This document shows positions 32,515-41,257 of a stretch of 64,000 nucleotides of DNA, piece by piece; positions within the stretch are counted from its first letter, which is position 1, and each line of letters opens with the position of its first letter. The notes under the pieces are model-generated. The model saw nothing but the letters and a program-made list of their open reading frames with translations. It did no database searches and was not told the DNA's origin. The DNA lies in assembly GCF_000006765.1 (NCBI RefSeq), contig NC_002516.2, one strand, 5' to 3'. The DNA comes from Pseudomonas aeruginosa PAO1. Its GTDB lineage: Bacteria > Pseudomonadota > Gammaproteobacteria > Pseudomonadales > Pseudomonadaceae. A program made the position numbers and the translations under genes.

Positions 32515-33182
32515 TCCCGCCGGGCGCGCAAACGCCCTGCCCCGCCGGGACAAGGGGCGACGAAGCCACGCAGTTGCGGCGCTTCGTCGCCAGCGTCCCC
32601 AACCGGATAAGCATCGGCGCCGCCCGTGGCGCGGCGCCGCTGTCCGCCCTGCTCGGCCTGCTGCTGCTCGGCGGCGCCTGGACCTTGCGCGACCACCCCG
32701 GTCCCGGCCATGAGGCGGCGGCGCTGTGCCTGCTGGCGGCGGCCGCCCTCCTCATGTGCCTGGCCTGCCTGCAGCGCAACGCCAGGAGCGCGCCGTTCCT
32801 CGTCCTCGGCCAGGGGCGCCTGCGCGCCCGCAGCCTGTCGGCGCCGCTGGACCTGCTGGAGGTCGCCGACCTGCGCCTGGAGGACGGGGTCTGGTTCTCC
32901 GCGATAGTCCTCGAACTGCACGGCAAGGCGCTACCGGCACCATCCACGCGCCCGCTCGATCCGTTCGCCGCGCGTGCCGTCAGCGAATGCCGGGACGGCC
33001 CACGGGTTCGCCTGCTGTCCCCCGGCTGGCGCCTCAACGGTCGCAACCTGTCGCTACTGGAAGCCGCGGAGGTCATCGACCTCTACCTGGACATCGCCCG
33101 CGCCCAGGCCCGGCTCCGCCAACTGGGCGAGATCCCGCCCAGTGCTTCCTCTTCACTCCCAACTCCAAGGATATTTCCATGA
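32511..33182 (+). CDS. Two-TM membrane protein, paralogue A
   Basis: GTGA start/stop overlap with the M48 gene; TM hairpin then soluble domain ending in a conserved helix. Confidence 0.7.
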   Translation: MIPPGAQTPCPAGTRGDEATQLRRFVASVPNRISIGAARGAAPLSALLGLLLLGGAWTLRDHPGPGHEAAALCLLAAAALLMCLACLQRNARSAPFLVLGQGRLRARSLSAPLDLLEVADLRLEDGVWFSAIVLELHGKALPAPSTRPLDPFAARAVSECRDGPRVRLLSPGWRLNGRNLSLLEAAEVIDLYLDIARAQARLRQLGEIPPSASSSLPTPRIFP

Positions 33183-33841
33183 GCAACCAGGAACCCCGGG
33201 ACCTCGTCTCCAACCTCGCCGAAACCCTCGGTGCCGAACACGAAGAGCTGAACCAGGCGAAGACCGCCGAGGTCATCGCCCACCTGGAGCGGGTGATCGC
33301 CAACGTACCGCCGGCCACCGAGTTCACCAATACCCGCAAGTACGTGGTGCTGGGTCCGCTGCTGAGCATCGTGCCCTTCATCATGACCGGCATGTGGTTC
33401 TCCCAGGGCAAGCCGGGGGTCGGCGTCGTCGGCTTGCTGCTCGGCCTGTTCGGGCTGTTCCTCGGCTACCAGCATCGCAACTCCGGCAAGACCCCCTTCA
33501 TGCGCCTGACCCGTACCCAGCTCTGGGCCGACAGCCTGTCGGCTCCGGTCGAGCTGGCCGACGTCATCGATTTCAGCGTCAAGGCCGACATGCTGCAAAC
33601 CACCCAGACCCTCCACCTGCGGCCCGAAACGCCGCTGCCGACCCATCGCGCCGTACGCCAGGTGTTCGCCTCCCAGGCCATGGCCTTCAAAGGCAAGGAC
33701 CCGCGCATCACCATCATGTCGGCCGGCCTGCAGAGCGATGGCAAGAAGCTGGACTGCGACGACATGGCGGCGATCCTCGACGCCTACATCCAGGCCGCCC
33801 ACGCCCAGCGCTACCTGCAACAACTGCGCAGCCAGGGCTGA
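33179..33841 (+). CDS. Two-TM membrane protein, paralogue B
   Basis: ATGA overlap with AAGGA upstream; TM hairpin then soluble domain. Confidence 0.8.
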   Translation: MSNQEPRDLVSNLAETLGAEHEELNQAKTAEVIAHLERVIANVPPATEFTNTRKYVVLGPLLSIVPFIMTGMWFSQGKPGVGVVGLLLGLFGLFLGYQHRNSGKTPFMRLTRTQLWADSLSAPVELADVIDFSVKADMLQTTQTLHLRPETPLPTHRAVRQVFASQAMAFKGKDPRITIMSAGLQSDGKKLDCDDMAAILDAYIQAAHAQRYLQQLRSQG

Positions 33842-35386
33842 GTGAAGGGCACGGTCCATCCGCGAAGGCTGCTGCTTTGCCTGGTGCTGGTTCCAGCGCT
33901 GCTGGCGGGGCTCGGCGCCTGGCAGTCCTGGCGCGCCGAGCAGCAGGCCGAGCGACTGGGCGCCGCGCAGCAGCGGGTCGAGCGCGCGCTCGCCGAAGCG
34001 CGGGCGCTGCCGCCGAGGGCCAGCGTCCGGGTGGACGGCCGGGCCTATGTGCGCGACCTGGCCCTGGCGCGGCTCGACGAGCGACTCGCCGACACACGAA
34101 GCGCACAGCGCCTGAGTCGCTTCGCCGCCGTCCTCGCCGATAGCGGAGCCTGCCTGGCGGCGCTGGTCGCCGTATTGGGAGCCGTCTCCCTGGCCGGCAT
34201 CGCCGGCGCCGCACGCAGCGCACTGCGCTCGCGTCGCTGCCTGCTCCTGTGGTTCGAGCTGGGCCGACGCCTGCTGCCCTGCCTGCTCCTCGCCCAGATC
34301 GGCCTGCTCGCCCTGGCCCTGGCCTGTGCCGGAACGTTCGAGATCCTCGGGCTGTGGCGGGTCGGCCAGGTTCCGGTCAGCGAAGGACGCACCCAACTGA
34401 GCGTGGCGCTGATCCTTCTCGGCCTGCTGGCGTCGGCGTGGCAAATGCTGGCGAAGATCAGCCGCTTGCGCCTGCGCCCGGCGCCGGCCCTGGATGTCAT
34501 CGGCCGCCGGCTGGGCGAAGAGGATGCACCGGAACTCTGGACGCTACTGCGCGAGCTGGCGGCGCGCCTCGACACGCCAGCCCCGCAGCACCTGTTGGTA
34601 GGTCTCTGCGACGGCTTCTACGTGACCGCCAACCGCGTCTGCCTGCAACCTTCCGGCGAGCATCTGGAAGGACGCAGCCTATACCTCTCGCTACCGTTGC
34701 TGGGCCTGCTGGACCGCGCCGAACTGAGTGCAGTGATCGCTCACGAACTGGCCCACTTCGCCGGCCGCGACGCCCATTACAGCCTGCGCTTCCTGCCGAT
34801 CTACCAGGGCGCCGCGAGCCAACTGGCCGCCATCGAGGAGCAGGAAGCCAACGTCTTCGAACGTGCGGCACTGGAACCGGCGCGACTGTTGGCCGGGTAC
34901 TTCCTCGAACGTTTCGGCCTCGCCGTGAACCACTGGAGCCGCCTGCGCGAATTCGCCGCCGACCGCCGCGCCGCACAACTGGCCGGTGCGCCGGCGATGG
35001 CCTCGGCCCTGCTGCGCAGCGCGGCGGCCGGCGCGCCGATACGGGCGTTCCTCGAACACTGCCTGCTCGCTCCGGCGCGCGCGCCGGACAACCTGGTGGA
35101 CGCCATCCACGTCTACCTGGGCCAGTCCGGCCTGGAAGCACCGGCCCCCGGGGCGGAGGGACTCCAGGTCCATCCGCAGGATACCCACCCTCCGCTGGGC
35201 CTGCGCTGCACGGCGCTGGGAGAGAGCTTCGAACGCACCTGGGCCGGGACCGCCGGCCGGGCCGTTCCGACACGACCGCCGAGCCAGGCGCTGGGCGTCT
35301 GGTTCGGCGCCCCCCTGGCGTTGAGCCGAGCGCTCAGCGCCGACCTGCTCGGCAAGACCTGTGAGAATCCCCATGCAAGAAACTGA
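33842..35386 (+). CDS. M48 (HtpX-like) membrane Zn-metalloprotease, copy 2
   Basis: VIAHELAHF, RLREFAAD and DTHPP; GTG start abuts the upstream stop. Confidence 0.85.
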   Translation: MKGTVHPRRLLLCLVLVPALLAGLGAWQSWRAEQQAERLGAAQQRVERALAEARALPPRASVRVDGRAYVRDLALARLDERLADTRSAQRLSRFAAVLADSGACLAALVAVLGAVSLAGIAGAARSALRSRRCLLLWFELGRRLLPCLLLAQIGLLALALACAGTFEILGLWRVGQVPVSEGRTQLSVALILLGLLASAWQMLAKISRLRLRPAPALDVIGRRLGEEDAPELWTLLRELAARLDTPAPQHLLVGLCDGFYVTANRVCLQPSGEHLEGRSLYLSLPLLGLLDRAELSAVIAHELAHFAGRDAHYSLRFLPIYQGAASQLAAIEEQEANVFERAALEPARLLAGYFLERFGLAVNHWSRLREFAADRRAAQLAGAPAMASALLRSAAAGAPIRAFLEHCLLAPARAPDNLVDAIHVYLGQSGLEAPAPGAEGLQVHPQDTHPPLGLRCTALGESFERTWAGTAGRAVPTRPPSQALGVWFGAPLALSRALSADLLGKTCENPHARN

Positions 35387-36008
35387 CGAAACCCTCGACG
35401 AACTGCCGCCGCTGGAAGCCCGCTGCGAGATCCGCGAGGTCTCGCGGGGCACCGCCTGCGTTGCCCTGCTCGCTGGCCTGGTGGCTGGCGCCACCGGTCT
35501 CTGGCTCGCTTCGCTGCCCAACGCCTGGCGCCTGGCCAGTGGCCAATGGCTGTTCTGGCTGCCAGCCGCGCTGCTGCTGGGCGGCGGCCTGTACGCCTGC
35601 CTGGCGGGCGTGTTCCTCTACCGGCGCCACGGCCAGGTCGCGCTCACCCTGACGCCGGAGAGCATCGCCTTCGCCAACGCGCCGCAGGTGCCGATGTACA
35701 CCTTCCAGTCGCTGGAGATCGAGCGCGGGCGCTGGCTGGAACTCACCTTCGCGACCACCTTCGATTGCACGGCACCGCGCTTCGACAGCCATGCCCGTTT
35801 CGACCCGCGGGCTTTCGCCCGCCCCGAAGCCCGCGCGGTGGCCGGCGGCAAGCGGGTCAAGCTGGCGCTGTGCGGCGCCGCGCTGAACGGCCAGAAAATG
35901 GAGCTGGAGCCGCTCGCACGACTGATCTACCGGTACATCCTCGCCGGCCATCGCCAGCGCGCCCTGCAACATCATCGCGCGCCCGGGAGCGACGGCAGCG
36001 GGGCCTGA
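35373..36008 (+). CDS. Two-TM membrane protein, paralogue C
   Basis: Overlaps the end of M48 copy 2 and has the same architecture. Alternative GTG start at 35361. Confidence 0.75.
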   Translation: MQETDETLDELPPLEARCEIREVSRGTACVALLAGLVAGATGLWLASLPNAWRLASGQWLFWLPAALLLGGGLYACLAGVFLYRRHGQVALTLTPESIAFANAPQVPMYTFQSLEIERGRWLELTFATTFDCTAPRFDSHARFDPRAFARPEARAVAGGKRVKLALCGAALNGQKMELEPLARLIYRYILAGHRQRALQHHRAPGSDGSGA

Positions 36009-36020
36009 AGCGAGCAACGC

Positions 36021-36308
36021 TCAGGCTGCGCGCTGGCGTTGCCAGTCCACCGCGGCTTTCAGGCGCGCCACCACCTTGCGCACGAAGAGCGGGTCGTCCG
36101 CCACGCAGAGCTCCGCGCTGACCCACTCCGGCCAGCCGGTTCCCTGGCGCTCGCGAGCCCCCAGCAGGCGCTCGACTTCGTCGCGCACGGCGCGCTCCAG
36201 GCGTTCGCTGGCACGATTGCGGGACAGGTGGAGGCGCAGGCAGGCCTGTTTCTCGCGCTCCAGGGCGTGGCGTCGGGACAGCGGCAGTTCGGCAAGGTTG
36301 TGGCTCAT
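36021..36308 (-). CDS. Small hypothetical protein (95 aa), probably SOS-regulated
   Basis: AAGGAG RBS and a LexA box about 40 bp upstream. Confidence 0.75.
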   Translation of the reverse strand: MSHNLAELPLSRRHALEREKQACLRLHLSRNRASERLERAVRDEVERLLGARERQGTGWPEWVSAELCVADDPLFVRKVVARLKAAVDWQRQRAA

Positions 36309-36340
36309 GATCGGTGCTCCTTGTCGCGCAGGCAGGCGAT

Positions 36341-36374
36341 TTCCGATTACTGTACATTCATACAGTAATCGGAA
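36341..36374. promoter_or_regulatory. LexA (SOS) box inside a 14-bp-arm inverted repeat
   Basis: CTG-TACATTCATA-CAG at 36350-36365; arms TTCCGATTACTGTA / TACAGTAATCGGAA. Confidence 0.85.
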
Positions 36375-36428
36375 TTGACGACGCTGACAAGGGCTGGCCG
36401 GGTAGCGCGAACAAGCGCATCCGGCACT

Positions 36429-38561
36429 TCAGAACTGGTATTCGACCCCGGCTCCCGCGTACCAGGACAGCCCGGGGGCCGCTTCGTAGTAACGCCGGTT
36501 GCCGTCGCCGACGATGACCGAGCCGACGTACTGGCGGTCGAACAGGTTGTCCAGGCGCACCAGCTGGTGGAAGGTCCAGGCCCCCAGGCGCTGTTCGAAG
36601 CGGGTGCGCCAGTTGAATACCGCATAGCTCGGCGCGGCCTTTTCGCTGTTGCTGTCCTCGACGTAGACCTGGCTGCGGTACATGCCTTCCCAGCCCATGC
36701 TGATGCCCTCCGCGGGCTTCCACACCAGTTCGCCGAACAGGCTGCTTTCCGGCACGCCCGGCAGGTGCTTGCCCTTGCCGATGGTCTTGCCGCCGGCCTC
36801 GAAATCCGAATCGTAGGTGGCGGATAGCCGGGTATAGGCCAGGTTGGCGTTCCAGTGCTCGCTCAGTTCGCTCTCCAGGCCCAGTTCGAAGCCGCGACGC
36901 AGGGTCTTGCCGGCGTTCTGGTAGCTGGTGCGACCGCCGAGGGAGCTGGCGACGACGATCTCGTCCTCGGTGCGGACCTGGAAGATCGCCGCGTTGACCC
37001 GCGTATTGCCCCACAGGCGCGCCTTCAGCCCGGCTTCGTACTGGCTGCTGGTGGCTGGCTTGAGGCCGAAGTTGAAGACGTCCGGCGCGTTCGCCGCCAC
37101 CGGCGCATAGGCCATCTCCGCCTGGGTCGGAGTCTCGAAGCCCTTGCCGGCGCTGAGGTAGCCGTGCAGGTCGGGGGTGAAGGCGTACATCACCGAGAAC
37201 GACGGGGTGTTCTTCCGGTAGCGCCGCGAGCCGCTGGCATCGCCGTTGCTCAGGTAGCGGTCGTCGACCTCCATCTTCATGGTGCTGTGGCGCACCCCGG
37301 CCTGCAGGGTCCAGGCGTCGATGGCCCAGCTCGCCTGCAGGTAGGGATCGAGGCTGGTGGCGGTGTCCACCTCGTCGCGGCGCAACTTGCCCTTCACGCC
37401 GAGCTGGTCGCCGTTGAAGTTCTGGTAGCCGCGACGGTCGTCGCGGCTCTGGTCGTAGTCGAGGCCGACGGTCAGGTTCAGCTCGCCCGGCGCCTGGCTT
37501 ACCGGTTGCAGCCAGCGCACGGTGCCACCGTGGAAGTCGCGGTCGAAGTCGATCACCGCGCCGTTTCTCTGGCAACGCGGATTACTCTCGCATCCTATCT
37601 GCTTGGGTATCGCCTGATACTGCACGACACTGCGCTTGCCCACGTAGGCGTTGACCTGCAAGGTCGCCTCGCCGAAGTAGCGCTCGTAGTTCATCCCGGC
37701 CTGCTGGTGGTCGATGCTCTTGCGCGTGTCGTACAGCTCGGCGTTGGCGGTGACGGAGCGCGGGTCGTACTTGTAGGCGTCCCAGGTCTGCCCCAGCGGA
37801 TCTTCAATGTCGTTCTGTTCCAGGCTGCTGTAGATCAGCGCCAGGCGGCTGTCGGCGTCGGGCCTGAAGTTGAGCTTGGCGAAGGTCTGGTCGCGGCGCG
37901 CGGCGCTGTGGTCGCGGTAGCCGTCGGTGTCCATCCGCGAGGCATCCACCAGGAAACCGACCCCGTCGCCCTCGCCTTCCGTGTACAGGTGGTTGCGGCT
38001 CAGGCCATCGCTGCCGACGGTGGCTTCCGCGCCGACCCGCGGGGCGCCCTGGCCGTCGCGGGAGAACATCTGGATCACCCCGCCGGCGTTGCTGCCGTAG
38101 ATCGTCGAGGCCGGCCCGCGCAGTACCTCGATGCGCTCGGCGACGTCGAGGTTGAGGGTCGCGGCCTGGCCCTGGCCATCCGGCGTACTGGCCGGGATGC
38201 CGTCGGCGAGCAGCTTCAGCCCGCGGATACCGAAGGCCGAGCGGGCGCCGTAGCCGCGCGAGGAGATTTGCAGGTCCTGGGCGTAGTTCTGGCGGTTCTG
38301 CACCACCAGGCCAGGTACCCGCGGCAGGACTTCGGAGAGGTTGATGCCGAGCTGGCCGTCGGCGATCTGCCGACGCTCGATGCTATCCACCGAGAACGGC
38401 AGGTCGAAGGTGTCGCTGGGGTTGTAGCTGCCGGTCACCACCATGGGTTCGAGGCTGCGTCGCTCCTCGCCCTGGACGGCGCAGGCGATGGCCAGGCCGC
38501 AGAGCGCCAGGGAGCCGGGCAACAGGTGGGAGACGAAGCTGGGTCGGGGTCGGGACGGCAT
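36429..38561 (-). CDS. TonB-dependent outer-membrane receptor (YncD/PqqU-like by inference)
   Basis: Signal peptide, MVVTG TonB box, ERIEVLRGPASTIYGSNAGGVI plug motif, C-terminal GVEYQF. Confidence 0.88.
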   Translation of the reverse strand: MPSRPRPSFVSHLLPGSLALCGLAIACAVQGEERRSLEPMVVTGSYNPSDTFDLPFSVDSIERRQIADGQLGINLSEVLPRVPGLVVQNRQNYAQDLQISSRGYGARSAFGIRGLKLLADGIPASTPDGQGQAATLNLDVAERIEVLRGPASTIYGSNAGGVIQMFSRDGQGAPRVGAEATVGSDGLSRNHLYTEGEGDGVGFLVDASRMDTDGYRDHSAARRDQTFAKLNFRPDADSRLALIYSSLEQNDIEDPLGQTWDAYKYDPRSVTANAELYDTRKSIDHQQAGMNYERYFGEATLQVNAYVGKRSVVQYQAIPKQIGCESNPRCQRNGAVIDFDRDFHGGTVRWLQPVSQAPGELNLTVGLDYDQSRDDRRGYQNFNGDQLGVKGKLRRDEVDTATSLDPYLQASWAIDAWTLQAGVRHSTMKMEVDDRYLSNGDASGSRRYRKNTPSFSVMYAFTPDLHGYLSAGKGFETPTQAEMAYAPVAANAPDVFNFGLKPATSSQYEAGLKARLWGNTRVNAAIFQVRTEDEIVVASSLGGRTSYQNAGKTLRRGFELGLESELSEHWNANLAYTRLSATYDSDFEAGGKTIGKGKHLPGVPESSLFGELVWKPAEGISMGWEGMYRSQVYVEDSNSEKAAPSYAVFNWRTRFEQRLGAWTFHQLVRLDNLFDRQYVGSVIVGDGNRRYYEAAPGLSWYAGAGVEYQF

Positions 38562-38588
38562 GCAGGGTTCCGCGGGTCGCAAGGTATC

Positions 38589-38684
38589 GAAGGGGCTTTG
38601 CCAAGGGCGGGAACGCGCCTCCCCTTGGCAAAGCCCCTTCCGGGCCGAGGCCCGGAAGGCCGGGAGCCGGCTGTGGGCTCCCGG
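38589..38684 (-). other. Three consecutive hairpins in the gcd-receptor intergenic region
   Basis: 19-bp arms at 38589-38607/38622-38640, a stem at 38636-38659, and 9-bp arms at 38660-38668/38676-38684. Confidence 0.7.
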
Positions 38685-38692
38685 TGGGCGGG

Positions 38693-41104
38693 TCATTGCC
38701 TGGGCAGGGCGTAGGCGATGATGTAGTCGCCCATGCGGGTACCGAAGGAGCCGTGTCCGCCAGCGACGATCAGCACGTACTGGCGACCGTCCTTGCCGGT
38801 GTAGCTCATCGGCGTGGCCTGGCCGCCGGCCGGCAGGCGCGCCTGCCAGAGCTGCTTGCCGTCCTTCACGTCGTAGGCGCGCAGGTACTGGTCGAGCGTG
38901 CCGCTGAGGAAGGCCACGCCGCCGGCGGTGGTGATCGAGCCGCCCATGCTCGGTACGCCGACGGTGAGGCCGATCGGCACCGGGGTGTTGTCGCGGCTGG
39001 TGCCGTTCTTGTGCTGCCAGACGACCTTGGCGGTGGTCAGGTCGATACCCGCCACGTCACCCCAGGACGGCGCCTGGCACGGCAGGCCGATGGGCGACAT
39101 GAACGGATGCATGATCACCGCGTAGGGCGCGCCGGTGTTCGGCTGCACGCCGCTGGTCTCGCCCTCGCGCTTGCTTCCGCTGGGCACCTTGTCGCGCGGC
39201 ACCATCTGCGAGACGAAGGCCATGTAGTTGGGGCTGGTGAAGAGGATCTGGCGCACCGGGTCGACCGACACCCCGCCCCAGTTGAACACTCCGACGTTGC
39301 CCGGATAGATCAGGCTGCCCTGCTCCGACGGCGGGGTGTACTGGCCCTCGTAGCGCAGCGAGCGGAACTGGATGCGGCAGAGCATCTGGTCGAACGGGCT
39401 GCTGCCCCACATGTCGCGCTCGGTCAGCGGCGGGCGCAGCAGGTTGAGGTCGGAACGCGCCTGGGTCGGCGCGGTATGGTCGCCCTCCACCGCGCCCTGC
39501 GGCGCCGGCACTTCGCGGATCGGCACGATCGGCGTGCCGTCGCGGCGGTCCAGCACGTACAGGCTGCCCTGCTTGGTCGGCGCGATCAGCGCCGGCTTGA
39601 CGCCATCGGCGGTCTTCAGGTCGAGCAGGGTCGGCTGGCTGCCGACGTCCATGTCCCACAGGTCGTGGTGGGTGAACTGGTAGTTCCAGCGCAGCTTGCC
39701 GGTGTTCAGGTCGAGGGCCACCAGGCCGGCGCTGAACTTCTCGGCGCCAGGGGTGCGGTTGCCGCCCCACTGGTCGGGCATCTGGTTGCCCAGCGGCAGG
39801 TAGACCTGGCCGAGCTTCTCGTCGACGCTGGCCAGCGACCACATGTTCGGCGAGTTGCGGGTATAGAACTTGCCGGGCGCCAGGGGCTCGGTCTCGTCCG
39901 GGTTGCCGCTGTCCCAGTTCCACACCAGCTTGCCGTCGTGCACGTCGAAGGCGCGGATCACCCCGGACGGCTCGTTGGTCGACTCGTTGTCGGTGACGTG
40001 GCCGCCGATGATCACCAGATTGCGGGTGACCGCCGCCGGCGAGGTGGAGTAGTAGCCGCCCGGGGTGAACGGACCGATGCCGGCCGTCAGGTCGACCGCG
40101 CCCTTGACCCCGAAGTCCTCGCAGACCTTGCCGTTGTCGGCGTTGATCGCGATCAGGCGGGCGTCGGCGGTGGGCAGGAACAGGCGCCGCGGACAACTGG
40201 CGGCGACCGCCTTGCCGGCCTCGGAGAGCGCGGCCGGCGGCGCGCCGACGTCGCTCCTGGCGTACTGCTCTTCGTCGTAGTAGGAGACGCCACGGCAAGT
40301 CATGTGGGCGAAGCCCTTGAAGCCTACCGGGCTCTGGATCTGCGGATCGAAGCGCCAGATTTCCGCGCCGGTGTCCGGGTCGAGGGCCAGCACCTTGCTG
40401 TGCGCGGTGCAGGCGTAGAGCATGCCGTTGACCTTCAGCGGGGTGTTCTCGTTGGTCAGTTCGAGCGGATCGTCGGCGGTCGGCAGGTCGCCGGTACGGA
40501 TGCGCCAGGCTTCCTCGAGCTGGCCGACGTTGGCCGGGGTGATCTGCTTCAACGGCGAGTAGCGGTCGCCGAACTCGGTGCGCCCGTAGGCCTGCCAGTC
40601 GCCGTCCGGCATCGCCGGGGCGGTGCTGGTCATGCCGCTGTCGCGGTCGATGCGACCGACGATCTGCCCCGGATTGGTGAACTGGCTGCCCACCGCGGCG
40701 GCGCCGGCCAGGACCACCGCCACGCCCAGCGCCGCGGTGCCCAGCGGCGCCGGACCGTCGGCCAGCAGCGGGCGGCGGAACCAGGGTAGCCAGAGCAGCA
40801 GGCCGAAGACGAACCACAGAGCCAGGCGCGGCACCAGTTGCCACCAGTCCAGGCCGACTTCCCACAGCGCCCAGACGGTGCTGGCGAACAGCACCAGAGC
40901 GTACAGGCCTAGCGCCGCACGCTTGCCCAGCAGCAGCAACAGTCCGCTCAGGGCCAGGCCGATGCCGGCCAGCAGGTAGTACAGCGAGCCGCCCAGGCTC
41001 GCCAGCTTGATGCCGCCGGCCAGCAGCGCCAGGCCGGACAGCAGGATCAACAGGCCGAGCAGGCTCGGCAGCAGGCGCGATCGACTGCGGTTACCTTCGC
41101 TCAT
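38693..41104 (-). CDS. gcd: Membrane-bound PQQ-dependent glucose dehydrogenase
   Basis: Five N-terminal TM segments; DWQAYGRT...RYSPLKQITPANV, HHDLWDMD and GGQATPMSY; 803 aa. Confidence 0.96.
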   Translation of the reverse strand: MSEGNRSRSRLLPSLLGLLILLSGLALLAGGIKLASLGGSLYYLLAGIGLALSGLLLLLGKRAALGLYALVLFASTVWALWEVGLDWWQLVPRLALWFVFGLLLWLPWFRRPLLADGPAPLGTAALGVAVVLAGAAAVGSQFTNPGQIVGRIDRDSGMTSTAPAMPDGDWQAYGRTEFGDRYSPLKQITPANVGQLEEAWRIRTGDLPTADDPLELTNENTPLKVNGMLYACTAHSKVLALDPDTGAEIWRFDPQIQSPVGFKGFAHMTCRGVSYYDEEQYARSDVGAPPAALSEAGKAVAASCPRRLFLPTADARLIAINADNGKVCEDFGVKGAVDLTAGIGPFTPGGYYSTSPAAVTRNLVIIGGHVTDNESTNEPSGVIRAFDVHDGKLVWNWDSGNPDETEPLAPGKFYTRNSPNMWSLASVDEKLGQVYLPLGNQMPDQWGGNRTPGAEKFSAGLVALDLNTGKLRWNYQFTHHDLWDMDVGSQPTLLDLKTADGVKPALIAPTKQGSLYVLDRRDGTPIVPIREVPAPQGAVEGDHTAPTQARSDLNLLRPPLTERDMWGSSPFDQMLCRIQFRSLRYEGQYTPPSEQGSLIYPGNVGVFNWGGVSVDPVRQILFTSPNYMAFVSQMVPRDKVPSGSKREGETSGVQPNTGAPYAVIMHPFMSPIGLPCQAPSWGDVAGIDLTTAKVVWQHKNGTSRDNTPVPIGLTVGVPSMGGSITTAGGVAFLSGTLDQYLRAYDVKDGKQLWQARLPAGGQATPMSYTGKDGRQYVLIVAGGHGSFGTRMGDYIIAYALPRQ

Positions 41105-41257
41105 CGTCCGGTACTCCCTTCGGGGTTGATGACAGGCATTGCTTACTCTCCTATTACGTTCTGCACGCCGGGCTGTTCAGCCCGCCGCGCCGCGTTGGGC
41201 GGCGCTGAAGAAATGGCCGCTGGCCATGACCGAATCGCGGTTGTCCGAAGCAACAGC

